Origin: Octopus vulgaris
Taxonomy: Eukaryota
Direction: 5' to 3'
Assembly: GCA_951406725.2 (NCBI GenBank)
Contig: OX597825.1
Span: 47,182,001-47,246,000, forward strand
Length of the DNA: 64,000 bases
Both the position numbers and the translations under genes were made by a program. The notes beneath the pieces are model-generated. The model was not told the DNA's origin, did not search any database, and saw only the letters and a program-made list of their open reading frames with translations. Of the stretch, positions 27,370 through 40,695 are shown in pieces; within the stretch, counting starts at the first letter, position 1, and each line of letters begins with the position of its first letter.

Positions 27370-28600
27370 ATCCCCAAAGACTGGTGTAGTAGATGCCTTA
27401 GATAGAAACAATTACGAAGGTATCAAACTGCTGGACCAGGTCACGAAAATTACAGAGAAAGTTATATCTCAACTGACTAAGGATAGAATTAAACTATTTG
27501 AGATGCAGCTTGGTTTTGTTCCCGGGAGAAGTACTACAGATTTCATCTTCCTAGTGAGACAGTTGCATGATAGCATTTGCACAAAATTAAATCATTGTGC
27601 TTAGCTTTCGTCGACCTGGAGAAAGCTTCTGACAGGGTTTTCCACTCTCTTATCCAGTGGTCTCTATGGAAGCTAGGAGTAAGGAATTGCTTGTTAGAGC
27701 TTTACAAGCCATGTACAGCGATGCCGTCAGTAAGTGAGAGTCGGCCATGAATACATGATGAATTTAGTTGGAGTTCACCAGGGATCAGTTCTTAGTCCAC
27801 TCTTATTCATCATAGTTCTCAAGGCCATAACAGAGGAATTCAAATCTGGATGCCCATGGTAAATGCTATATGCTGATGATCTTGTGCTTATTGCTGAATC
27901 TGAAGCAGAACTGAAGGAAGCAAAACCTGGAATCAAAGGGCCTTAAAATTAACTTAGCAATGACTAAAGTTGTTATTAGAAAGAAAGCACATAAGATGCT
28001 CTCTCCGTCATATAAATGGTTCTGCTCATTTACATGAAAGGAAAGGGACGTAATTCGATTTGCTACACCAAGTGTAAGCTACGGATGCATAAGAAATGTA
28101 ATGGAATCGCAGGTAGGTTAACAGATAAAGTCGCTTTCGTGTGTGGCAGATGTGCAGAAATAATAAGCACTAAGAGCACGAGGGACTTAGACTCTATCAA
28201 ATGCCCATGAGGCTCCCTTGAGGTAGTAAGTAGTTTCTGCTATTTAGGTGATCAAATTAGTTACGGTTGTGGATGCTCTGAAAGTATTGTTTCTAGAATA
28301 TGATGGAGAGCTACTACCTCTGTCGGCAACAAAAGATTCTCTTTCAGAGTGAAATGTATATTGTATGATGCTTGTGTGAGAACGGTTATATTATATGGTA
28401 GTGAGACATGGGGTCTGACTGCAGAGGACATGCGTAGACAGGAGAGGAATGAAGGTAGTATGCTCCGTTAGATTTGCAACAACAATGTGCATGACCGACA
28501 AAGTGCAACTGTGTTGAGCATAAGAGGAATTAAATGTAACATATAGGGTGGAGAATGCGGCGGTTTGGACATGTGATGCGTATGAGTAAAGACAGCTGGA
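27370..28600 (+). mobile_element. RTE-clade LINE RT region, decayed
   Basis: NYEGIKLL, MQLGFVPGRSTTD, FVDLEKA.D, GVHQGSVLSPLLF, YADD at ~27869, C..C...HKKC Cys cluster, FCYLGD, YGSETW. Confidence 0.88.
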
Positions 28601-29664
28601 GACAGTACAGGATAGCAAATGTTTCTACCTCTAAGTCGGCACAACAGGGCCGGGGATGGAGCATAATAACCAAGGGAAATCAAGTGCATTGAATTCCCCA
28701 AAGATAACAGCTTCTTAGAAGGATAAATTATGGTAGAGTCCTTAATACAGAATGAGAGATGTAGAATAACTAACGAAGTTAGATGGTTTGTGTAACTAGT
28801 TGCACAGAGAGAATAACTGAAAATATTGTTTATGAATTATTTTGCCTCAAAGATACAAAAGTTAACATGATTAAATAATTAGCATTTAAACTGTTCTTAA
28901 AATGTTTATTTATGAAAGTGCTTTTTTACGTTTAGTGATTTACACGAAAATTCCTTAGAGAGCATGCAACTTATTTGCTGTGAACTCACATATTTTTGTT
29001 TAAATTTAGTCAAGTTTGACGTTAGCTTAACTTAGAGATTCATATACCATTAAACTACGATCTAGACTGGTAGCTTAATTGCATATGGTAAGATATAAAT
29101 ATCTTACCAAATATTGCTGTCACTTTGATTCACGATAGGAAGTTAGTCTAACTATACAGCAGTGCGTTACTAGTTACATGCGTGTAACACTAAAAGAAGT
29201 AATTCAAATTAAATAAGAAATAAATAGCTGGCAGCCACATTAGTGCTGGTGACGGAGACAGTGCCGACTGTGATATAGTGGTGATAATGGTGAATGAAAA
29301 AAGATACCAAGAGACCCGTATGAGCAAGAGAAAACAGAGAGACGCAGAAATAGTGAAATAAATGAAAAGAGAAAACACGAGAAGAAATAAGACAGAGAAA
29401 TCTAAAGAGTGATAGGTTGAGTGAGAGTAGGAGTTAAGATAAAAACGCAAGAGAAATAAGGTGAAAATTATATGGAGTAATTTAAAAATGAAGTGGGAAG
29501 GCAAGAAGAAAGAACATCAAAAATTGCGACACCACTGCGTTTTTAGATATCTCAATTTCTTATTTCATCTCTTATTCTCTCTCTCTTTCTCTCGGTGTGA
29601 TTTTACTAAAATGTATGAATTTTTATTTATAACATATAAATACAAAGAAATTTAGGCGGTGTGT

Positions 29665-31300
29665 TACATATCCCCGGGCCTCAATAATTACAGGTATAAA
29701 CCTGAACTTGTAATCTGAGTAGAGTAACTGCAGATTTCTCAAAAGTTCAGCGTAGGTATTCTCTTATCAACTGATCTTCAGCTTTATATTAACAGCTGCT
29801 GGGCAGCTAATTTCTACAACTGTACACAGTTTCTCTTCTCTATCCCAGCTCATTATGTCAGGTCTGTTTTGCTTACATTTTATTGCGATCTTCCCTGGGA
29901 CAGTTTGCCAATACTTCTTTTTATTATGAGTGGCTATAGCTTTTACCATACAGTGTGTTCTTATTTCTTTGTCCTCGGGGTTATCCTTCCGACGGATTTC
30001 ATTATAGAGTGAACTAGCTACAACATCATGTTTATTAGATATATAATACCGTGATGACATTTTCGGACAACTATTTATGATGTGGGTGATATCTTCGGTG
30101 TTAACTCCACAAAGTCTACATCGGTTATCATATTTTACTGCTTTTCCTGCATCTCTATCCCTTTTGTGCATCAGGTACTTGGTTGATATTTCTTGTTCCT
30201 GGATTGCAAACACATACTCTTCAAAGTTGGAGGTAGTAATCCAGCTATTGGTCCATGGTAGACTGCTTTGATGATCAATGTTACTATAATCTTGAATCTT
30301 TCTACTAAGATATCCATGCGTAGCCTTCAGGTCATATAAGTTCATCCTTTCATCTGATGATTCGTCGCGGTAGAGTTGTGCGACGTCTCTGGAAGTGTAT
30401 TCTAGGTTTTATCAAACAGACAAAAAATGTTGCCCAAGGAGCTGTCTTCCAAGTCTTATGATGTTATCAGCCTCATGTGTGCAAACTTGGTCAAGTGGTG
30501 CACTTCGACACTCGGTGGTTAAAATATGTTGTCAAAGATATATGATACGACATTCAAAGGTATTTTGGATCGATGCTAAGCCTCTGCCACCTTATTGGAT
30601 GAGAATGGCATTAAAAAGCTTCCATGGCCAAGCCAGTCACCAGATATGAAACCTATTGAACTCCTCTGAGACATAATGGACAGGACACTTCATAAAAAGA
30701 ATAAGAAAGCATCTTCAAAGCCAGATCTTCTGTTATTACTGCATGAAACTTATTGCATGAAACTTGTCTACTCCACTCAGCCCTACCCATAACAGATACT
30801 GCCCTCTGTTCTCTCAGCCTTAGATGTACAAGGGATTTTCAGGTTTTCACATCAATGGCTCGGATCTCATCAAACGTACAGCCCAAATGTTGGCATGAGT
30901 ACTGGCACTGACAGCACATTGCGGGTCACTGTTTTATTAAATGCAGTGAGTTCTGAGGTCCACGTTTTCTTTATTCGACTGTAATATTCTTTAATGACTC
31001 GTGTTTTGTTACAGGTTCCATTGTAAGATATATTTTCATCCACCCCTAGATACCTGTAGCATTCCTTGTCAGATATAAGAGAAACAGTCAAATCATTAAT
31101 GGAGGTGTCACTAGTTTGGTTTATAGTTTCCCCCCTTTTCACACCCATATAATAACATTCAACCTGACCAAATTCCAAACCTACATCCTATGAGCATGCT
31201 GTAACTAGATCAAGGCTCCTTTTTATCTCATGCTTATTCTTTGCATAAAGTTTCAAGTCATCCACAAAGAAACTGTGTAATTTTGGTATTTCCGTTTCCT
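29665..31300 (-). mobile_element. R4/Dong-like non-LTR retrotransposon (RT end plus RLE domain), decayed
   Basis: FFVDDLK, YRYLGV, GGRGL, AIQEQ, CRLC...HI...CP, RPDI, EISCP motifs. Confidence 0.85.
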
Positions 31301-31440
31301 TGTGAACCAGTGTATATCCTTCAGACTTCGTTAACATGAATGACAATAGAGTAAGTATTGACTCTCAAGACTATTGAAAAGGTGGCAAGACGAAACGAAC
31401 ATTTTAGGAAAATAAAAATAAGTGGAGATTTTACCGGTGA

Positions 31441-31472
<32 letters not shown>

Positions 31473-31771
31473 ATGTATGTATGTATGTATGTATGTATGT
31501 ATGTATGTATGTATGTATGTATTTCGTTTTGGGATTTGGTTTGCAGGATTCTTTATATGAGTTCGTGTGTTGAAGCATATTTTGTTGTGTCTGGGGAGAG
31601 GCATTTTCCTTTTGTGCCTTATAATGTAAGGCACAAAAGGAAAATGCCTCTCCCCAGACACAACAAAATATGCTTCAACACACGAACTCATATAAAGAAT
31701 CCTGCAAACCAAATCCCAAAACGAAATACATACATACATACATACATACATACATACATACATACATACAT

Positions 31772-31806
<35 letters not shown>
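31441..31806. repeat. Foldback palindrome: 100-bp unique arms, 5-nt loop, extended by mirrored (GT)n(ATGT)n / (ACAT)n(AC)n
   Basis: TTTCGTTTTGGG...GTGCCTTA TAATG TAAGGCAC...CCCAAAACGAAA. Confidence 0.95.
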
Positions 31807-31919
31807 AACACACACATGTATATATATATATATACCTACAGGCAAAATTTACAAAGGTCACAAAAGTGACGGAGGGTGAAATAAGACACCATATTAATTT
31901 GTAATGTATATATATTTTC

Positions 31920-32233
<314 letters not shown>

Positions 32234-32234
32234 G

Positions 32235-32577
32235 CTGAGCTGAGACCCCCTTTGGTCATGACTGACCATGAGATTGCACCTAGAAAGTTACCCTCCCAGG
32301 CACAAGTCCAGGCAAGGTTGTTTATGGAAGACCAGCAGTCGCACATGCATACCGGCCTCCCTTCTCCAAGCCACTAGCGTTATCCAAGGGTAAAGGCAAA
32401 AGCTGATTCAGCTTGGCACCTGTGATGTTGCAACTCATTTCTACAGCTGAGTGAACTGGAGCAACGTGAAATAAAGTGTCTTGCTCAAGAACACAACACG
32501 CAGCCCGGTCTGGAATTCGAACTCACAACCTCACGATCGTAAGTTCGACGCTCTAACCACTGAGCCATGCGCCTTCA
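32235..32577 (-). mobile_element. tRNA-derived SINE
   Basis: Minus strand GGCGCATGGCTCAGTGGTTAGAGC (A box), GAGTTCGAATTCC (B box), then TGTTCTTGAGCAAGACACTT body. Confidence 0.85.
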
Positions 32578-32597
32578 CACGCACACACACACACATA

Positions 32598-32639
<42 letters not shown>

Positions 32640-33958
32640 CAGACATGACAGAAGTAATTGTTAAAATTTATTTAACTCTGTAATTATACATTCAAATCAT
32701 TTATTAATTGTTATAATGTGAATATTTGATATTTAGTAGACATGCCCTTTGCATTTTTCAATGCAAGGACTCTATTAGGCATGATCAGATGACGAATATT
32801 CTCTTGTGAAATTTCCTGTCAAGTTTCATGCAGTTATATCAAAAGATCTGGCTTTGAAGATGCTGTTATGGGTAGGGCTGAGTGGAGTAGATAAGTTTCA
32901 TGCAATAAGTTTCATGCAGTAATAACAGAAGATCTGGCTTTGAAGATGCTTTCTTATTCTTTTTATGAAGTGTCCTGTCCATTATGTCTCAGAGGAGTTA
33001 AATAGGTTTCATATCTGGTGACTGGCTTGGCCATAGAAGCTTTTTAATGCCATTCTCATCCAACAAATTTTAGGCCATTTTAGCCGTGTGACAAGGAGCA
33101 CCGTCTTCCATAAATAAATAATCATTTCACCACAGGAGAAGGTTGGAAAGAGACCTTTCTGCAATATGGACACGTATTTATCTGAGTTCATGTTCCCCTT
33201 AAACTCCATTATCCCTGATTAACTATTGCTCCAAATTGCTTCCCATACCATCACAGAATAGCTGCCATGTTTCATTATTGGCTGCAATCTTTGCACATAA
33301 AATTGTTGATCGCAGAGTCTCCAGACTTACACTCGGATTCCGTCAAGAAAAACAGCTAATCTGGACTCATCAGAGAATATGACAGTGTCTCAAAATGCTA
33401 GTGGACTCTCCACCATCTTATAGGTCCAATCTTTTCTCCATTTGATGTTGGCTAGTCAAAGAAATGGCTTCCTTCTTGCTGCTTTGCCATAGTAACCAAA
33501 TTTGTGGAGATACTTGACCGCTGTTCTGGGACAGACATCAACATGCTCTGCTATGTCAGATGCCTTGCAACAAAGATTGTCCTCCACACTTCTCTTAAAG
33601 AGAAACTAGGGCCCTGTCACAGGGCCCTAGTTGATCTGGGTGATATGGACTCCTTCCTCTCTCTGGTAAATTGCACAATCACTCTATTAACTGTAGCAAG
33701 CGGGATCCCAAGGTTTTCTGCAATTTTACACTGACTGTGTCCACCTGCAGAAAACCCACAATGCAACCTGTTTGAAATTCAGATAGTTCCAAGGTTTCTT
33801 TTCTACATGGCATGATTAAAGTCACATATAGAACCTGAAGCATAAAAATGTCAATTGATAAAAAATATAAACCTTTACAAGTTTAAACATAAAAGAATAA
33901 GCATGCAAGAATAAACATAAAACAACGTTTATGGTAAGTCTATTTACTTCTGTCATGC

Positions 33959-33961
<3 letters not shown>
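32640..33961 (-). mobile_element. Tc1-family DNA transposon, full-length but inactivated
   Basis: TIRs CAG(A/G)CATGACAGAAGTAA flanked by TA; minus-strand IFSDES, MEDGAPCH, WPSQSPDMKPI motifs with stops and frameshifts. Confidence 0.9.
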
Positions 33962-34001
<40 letters not shown>

Positions 34002-34358
34002 TATATATTTATATATTCAGATGAATATGGTACTTATATTGCTTATAATAAATCTTTGATTTTTTATGACTATACCAACTAGAATGTCTGTCCACTCCAC
34101 TCAGCCCTACCCATAACAGATACTGCCCTCTGTTCTCTCAGCCTTAGATGTACAAGGGATTTGATAAACTAATCTATGAATTAAAACTGACCCCATAAAG
34201 ACAAAAAATCAGTGGCAGGCAGAGTCTTCTAATTTTAGTAACTTCTATGCTAAAGTAGAGAATATTCTTTATCTATCTCCTTAATTTCTTGGAGATTTTA
34301 GGTATAATTATACTAATGTGTCCATCTGTTCTAATTTAATTACATTCTATGTCCTTGT

Positions 34359-34443
34359 GCAGCTGAAGATTGCTCTACATTTTAAATTGGTGTAATGATT
34401 GCATTGTTCAATTAAATGGGGTTGCATGAAACGATAGTACTGC
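34359..34443 (+). ncRNA. Minimal type I hammerhead ribozyme, intact core
   Basis: GCAG CTGAAGA TTGC...GCAT GAAAC GATA GTA CTGC; stem I GCAG/CTGC is perfect, stem II is long. Confidence 0.72.
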
Positions 34444-34714
34444 ATTTCCTCTGGATATCCTTGTTGCTTATTTTGATTTATATATATATATATATAAATT
34501 TTGTGAAATAGAAAGATGAATAATCTTGTTGCAGATTAATCAAAAGTTTAACCGATACCTTGGTAGCAAAAATCACAGCAGAAGACAGCACGGTTGGAGG
34601 TACAACCATATGGTGTTGCAACCGTGCGTTGGTGCGGATAATTGAATTTTAATATTATTAGTGAATTGGAGAAATGGAGTTGAACGAAGATTGAACAGAA
34701 ATCGTTTTATTGCA

Positions 34715-34794
34715 TTCTACACGTGTTTCGAAAGGCACAATTTACCAAATTCCGATTGAATAAGGAGACCATATTGTGTCTTTCTCTTCAGGAA
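34715..34794 (-). ncRNA. Mirror-image hammerhead ribozyme (left arm)
   Basis: Reverse complement of 34959-35038. Confidence 0.75.
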
Positions 34795-34958
34795 GAAATA
34801 GGAAATCAGTTGGAAAAAACAAAAACAGAACAGAGGCGGAGCAAAACAAATCGAACGAGGCTCCTAAGAGTTTGGCCATGGGCTCTTAGGAGCCTCGTTC
34901 GATTTGTTTTGCTCCGCCTCTGTTCTGTTTTTGTTTTTTCCAACGGATTTCCTATTTC

Positions 34959-35038
34959 TTCCTGAAGAGAAAGACACAATATGATCTCCTTATTCAATCG
35001 GAATTTGGTAAATTGTGCCTTTCGAAACACGTGTAGAA
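34959..35038 (+). ncRNA. Minimal type I hammerhead ribozyme, intact core (right arm)
   Basis: TTC CTGAAGA GAAAGACACAAT...ATTGTGCCTTTC GAAAC ACGT GTA GAA; 12-bp stem II with one mismatch, palindromic ACGT loop 3. Confidence 0.78.
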
Positions 35039-35185
35039 TGCAATAAAACGATTTCTGTTCAATCTTCGTTCAACTCCATTTCTCCAATTCACTAATAATA
35101 TATATATATAAATGTATTACTTTCCAGTAATATATCGATTGCTATTTTCCTGTAAATATTGGTGCCTTGTTGTACCATTTATCTA

Positions 35186-35238
<53 letters not shown>

Positions 35239-35367
35239 TAATAGTTATCGCCATACTAATTCTTTATTCTTATCTTTAAGAATGCCATATTAGTATGGCG
35301 ATAACTATTAATTTCCAGAAACGCTGTCGTAATCTCTTTTAAAGAGACTTAGTAATTTTAATATTTC

Positions 35368-35439
<72 letters not shown>

Positions 35440-35885
35440 GTACTTTATATAATACACACACATATGTACATAGGCTGCCGAGCTATTTCCGCCTGCAAGA
35501 TTTACTCAGGGTATTAATTCGGGGTTATATCAGAAAACTTTTCCAGAGTGTTATGCAGTTAGACCGAATCTAAAACCGGATAGCTCCACATAAATTACTG
35601 ACATGTATTGTTAGAACCTACAGCTTTGTAGGACATCCTATATATTTCAATCAAGTGGACTGTGGGTTTAAGTCTAGTCACATGAACTTTACTATTATAT
35701 GAAAATAAGGATATTAACACCATATACACACACATAACCCATATGAATAACAATAATAAACAAGTGACAAACGAATATATAGTGCGTGTCTTTATTTCGC
35801 AAGAAGAGAAAATGACAACCTCAAATATAATATGTCTCAACGCACAATTTCGCAACCAATTCCCACACTGCACCTATACATACAC

Positions 35886-36110
<225 letters not shown>

Positions 36111-37310
36111 TTGTCGTTGTTGTTGATATTATATAATATATAATATATAAAACCCCATTATTGTCAAGTAATACTTTCACTTTTATGAAAATATCTCAAT
36201 AATAAATAACACATGGAAACGGTTCCCGCATTATTTATTTCTCTCAAATTTACAGTTATAAAATATATCTGAACCAGGAATAAGCAAGAATAATTGAAAG
36301 AAGAATATATCACGTTTGGTTCCGGAAAAGAGTTTATTGGAAGATATCCTCTTCATCACATGCTTTGGGGGTTCAAATCATAACAACTGAAATGAACAAT
36401 CTAATATTCGAATAATTCTCCAACATGGCTCCACAAACATTCATCTCCCTTATGTTTATTCCTTTACAAGAAAGTAATGGATCAACCGCTTATCCGACCT
36501 GCAACATTGAATTAAAAGTTGAAGAAATAAATATAATGATGCAATCAGTTTTCAGATACCAGAAATACAAACAAAATAAATTCTAACAGAACGAATTGGA
36601 ATTTATCCAATATCCACATTTTTATGAAAATTATCAGGTAGAATTGCTTTTGTCGAGATAATATATAAATATGAATTTCGACTTTGATCAGTTACGACAT
36701 TTGTATGCATTCCATTCATTCTAGATGTGAAAAAAGTTATTTTTGCGTTGTTTACAATTAAACACGTACCTCAGACAAATAATTAACATGTTAAAAACAA
36801 GAATCTTTTGTACGTTGACGTATGTAATATTGGAATGAATTTAATATTTCATGAAATGCATTTATAAAACAATTTTATGTTTTAAATATGAATAAAAAGC
36901 TGCTTAACAGTATCATATATTCAGCCAATTGCTTTCGTTACAAAATATGAAATGAAATTATAGATAAAAAGTATTGATTCTTTACTATAGGTGTCTATGA
37001 TTGATGGAATATGTTAGCGTTTGTAATTTCAAATTTCCTAAATAAATTTTATATATTGTACATATGTACAGCTAGAATGGATCACATCTTCAGGCTTGCT
37101 TACCCAGTTACATGCTTTAAAATGGTTATAACAAAATAGTCTGTCCTCGATGACTTATTTGCAGCTCTAACACATGAAAAGTGCTGTGATAAAAAAAAGA
37201 AAGATTTATATGCATTTAACTGGTTGAGAAACGTATGACTTGTCCCTAATGAAAGTTTGTAGCGCACAAATACACATACATGCGTTAGAAGCAGGCTAAT
37301 AATTAAACAC

Positions 37311-37832
37311 CACTAATATCACATACTCAATGTATGTGTGTTGTTTAAACGTCAGGAGCTTCAGCCTTTCGTCCGGGAAAGATCCCTTTAAAAATGCATA
37401 ACGCATAGAGTTAGGCAAAACAAAACCACCTCGGAAGTGATCGAGAGCTGCAAATACCAGTTTTTAGCAGTATTTTACTACCAATCAACTGCCTTATTCC
37501 CGAGACAAAATCGAAATCGCTATTTTGTTGTATATATAAAATAGTGTGCGAGCGACACAACTGCGCATCAGCAACTAGATTTTACTATTTCCTTATATTT
37601 CAGACTTGCAATTTCGATTTCGTTTCGAGAGTGATGCGAGTTCGAGGTATTGATAAGCAGCACAATACTAGTATCTGTCGCACACGTTCACTTCCGAGGC
37701 AGTTTCGTTTCACCTAGCTCTGAAGTAAACTGTCGTTTTAGCACAACACATGTTTAAATGAATTTTCCCCGACGAAAGTCCTCATCTCCTGGCGTTTAAA
37801 CAACACGCATACGTCAAGTATGTGATTTTAGT
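37311..37832. mobile_element. Old foldback/MITE-like element with long imperfect inverted arms
   Basis: ACTAATATCACATACT..TGTTGTTTAAACG.CAGGAG..CTTTCGTC..CCTCGGAAGTGA..ATCGAAAT mirrored in 37610-37832. Confidence 0.7.
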
Positions 37833-38861
37833 AATATGTATGCATGTATGTATGTATGTATGTATGTACGTATGTATGTATGTATGCATGTATGCATGTA
37901 TGTATGTACGTATGTATGTATGTATCGCATCATAGTAAAATAGGGTTTGTTTTCCAGGTGTCTAAATTACACCTGAAAGTTCCTGTGAGATTTCCATAAA
38001 CTCCTAACATAATTTTTGACATTGAGCTGACTTAAAGATTCCTTGTTTCTCTTCGAATAACCAGATTAAAAAAACATATGAGGGAGTGAAATATACAAAA
38101 GTATTTCAAATATTATTCCCTCATTTACCCTTTTTTTTATGTCAGTAGTCCAACTGAATGAAGAAACAATTGAACGTAACAACATTCCATAGACATTCAT
38201 TTCACCTTCTGTGAATTTCATTTTAGAATTATATTTATTGATGTAGCTGAAGAGGCATGTCTATTGTGAGAATGGCGGAAAACCTATTTTAAATTGATTT
38301 ATTATAAAAACATAAGCTTCTACTGTTATTGATTTACAGTTAAGAGAAAAATATATGTATATGTATGTATGTACACGTGGGATGATAGAAATAAAGATAT
38401 GAATCTCGCTGATAAAAACAGGAAGCCAATACAACACCCTACGTTTTACATTTTTAGAGTGATAGACGAGAGCAGAAGAAAAGAAAATACAGAATCTATC
38501 GTAAAATATTTTGAATTCTTTCAGAGAGGTCTCTAAAGAATAAGTATTTTACTCATAAAATATACAGAAGTGTGTGATAGAGTTTCTGATTAAAAAAGTT
38601 AGCTTCATGATTAACTGCAACAGCGACAAGAATTCTTAAGGAATACAAGTTACTCATGGCAAACGAATATTTAACGAAAACATTTTCATGAGAAAATTTG
38701 TCATATAATTTTGTGACAGCCAAATGAGAAGAAAGTACTTCTCGGTGCTAAAAGCAATTTATCAGTAGTATATATAACTGTTTGATTGAGAGTTAAAATG
38801 TTTCGCTGTCACATTTCAAACATTTCTCATGGATGGTTAGCTTAGATTATCATTCTATATA

Positions 38862-39025
38862 CATCTTGCGTCTGTCTTTACGTTCTGAGTTCAAATTCCG
38901 CCGAGGTCGACTTTGCCTTTTATCTTTTCGGGGTCAATAAATTAAGTACCAGTTGCGTACTCGGGTCGATCTACTCGACTGGCTCTCTCCCCCCAAACGT
39001 CGGGCCTTGTGCCTTGAGTAGTAAA
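38862..39025 (+). mobile_element. tRNA-derived SINE, 5'-truncated
   Basis: GTTCTGAGTTCAAATTCCGCCGAGGTCGACTTTGCCTTT. Confidence 0.85.
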
Positions 39026-39139
39026 TATTCTATATACATCTTTGTCAGGTCTTGTAGCATTGTTGCTTCCAAAGAACATGTACACTGGCTTAATAAACAA
39101 ACCGGGAAGGATTTATGGATTGACTTCATATATAATAAA

Positions 39140-40382
39140 CTAGAAGAGATACCCGGCGTTGCCCGTGTTACATACAATAGAAGAATTAGACTTTTCTGTT
39201 ATATTTTCTCTAATGAACTGGAATATCTATGTTTCGAATTTCATCAAAATTGCAGATGAGGGTTATTTCCCTCTTTACACCCGCCCAAAAAATTGTAATC
39301 GTGTGACATGTATCCTATACTACTGATTTTTATGCGCATATTCCAAAATTCCAGTCTTATTGAACCTGTTAAAAAGATTTTTCTCTTGGAAAATGAAGGT
39401 CATGGAGCTCTAAAATGTGAGAGTTAAGGCCCCTGTTGGGGGTGGGCATCTTAATGTCAACCAGAGAAGTTGAATTGTTGAGAATCTTTTTAACTTGGGT
39501 CTTACATCTATTGTTTGAATTTCTTTGAAATAGGAAATATATGTTCACTGGGTTTGTAAAAGAGAGCAAAGCTACAGGAAACCAAAAGACGAATGATCAC
39601 AATAAGCAGTCAGTTACCCTATCCTAGTCGGTACCACTCCCAATGTAGGATTCCTCACCATCCGGGTGACAGGCACAGCCGTAAGATGCATTACGAATCT
39701 ATAGCAATTGGAAGGGCGTGACCCAACTGAAATCAACATTACCAACTGTGTGACGTGAGGGCTAAGGAGAAATTAAAGTGTCACCTCTGGAGTTTGCAAA
39801 TGACCACTATACTGATACGTAACTGGACAGAATAAATTTACAATCTATTAATGTCTTTGAATAATCAGTCACTCATCTGGGAAGGCCTTGAAATCAATCT
39901 TGCCATGTAGGGACAATGTGTGACCCAGTGATAATAAAAATACTGAAAGGAGGTCTGCAATCAAATAATTTTACTCAACACTTTGCAACTGGATCAGTAG
40001 AGGCAAAGATGTCTCTCATTTACTTGACAATTTATACAGCACATTGCAGAAATCACAATAGATACACACACGCACCTTTGTCTTGGGGGCACCTTCGTAT
40101 TGGAAGTCACTTGACCCTGTTATCTCCCCTACTGTCCCTCTCGCGTCTGATCACTGTCCGAAGTCAGGACGCCATGATAGATCGTTAGCTCCTAGACGCA
40201 TTTTTTTCTCTCCTTGTTTCTTTCCTTGTTTTTCTCTGTGTATCTTTCTGTCGAAGAGCGTTGGCTCGAAACGTAAATGACTTTTTCTATTTCTATTCCT
40301 GAGCGCTATACTAATACATTTGTTTTTTTCTACTCCACCTGCCTTCGTCTTTTGTTTATTTTCGTAAACTTTCCCGTTATAC

Positions 40383-40433
<51 letters not shown>

Positions 40434-40695
40434 CATACATACATCCATATACATACAATAGAGAGATGTTTTTGTTTCACTTTTAGCACGTAATACTGAA
40501 ATAGTGTAGAAGATATGATATTGCTGTGGGCTCGCCCTAGGCAAGAAGTTAAACATTTTATTTGCCCATTACACTACATGGACCCTAAGTAAGGCATGTG
40601 TAAAATTTGAATGAAATTGGTTGTGTAGTTCTCAAGTTTTAGGGAAACACACAGACAGACAGACAAACACACATTCTCAGTTTTATATATATAGA
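39140..40695 (-). mobile_element. Non-autonomous Helitron with nested insertions
   Basis: Minus strand 5' TCTATATATATAAAACTGAG..(GTCT)n and 3' CGGGCAACGCCGGG hairpin plus CTAG|T; pairing of the two ends is inferred. Confidence 0.65.
40243..40280 (+). ncRNA. Degenerate minimal hammerhead motif in a Penelope-like terminal fragment ending in (TA)n
   Basis: TCTTT CTGTCGA A GAGC GTTG GCTC GAAA CG TA AATGA; core A6 mutated to T. Confidence 0.55.

Larger units (their letters stand above)
34652..35101. repeat. 450-bp near-perfect palindrome (~219-bp arms, 12-nt loop)
   Basis: Arms are reverse-complementary with two mismatches that I could see; centre CTAAGAG TTTGGCCATGGG CTCTTAG. Confidence 0.97.
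33890..35885 (+). repeat. Local segmental duplication, copy A (copy B at 49805-51189)
   Basis: Near-identical from TAAAAGAATAAGCATGC to CACCTATACATACAC; copy A carries an extra ~600 bp at 34497-35100. Confidence 0.93.

Noticed and set aside
34723-35030. Twin ORFs MFRKAQFTKFRLNKE on both strands (and identical 92-aa ORFs at 35595 and 50899)
   Set aside because: By-products of the palindrome and of the local duplication; no coding signature
38130-38180. Possible micro-exon TTTTATGTCAG|TAGTCC...GAAC|GTAACA
   Set aside because: Weak donor and no independent support; expected by chance in AT-rich DNA
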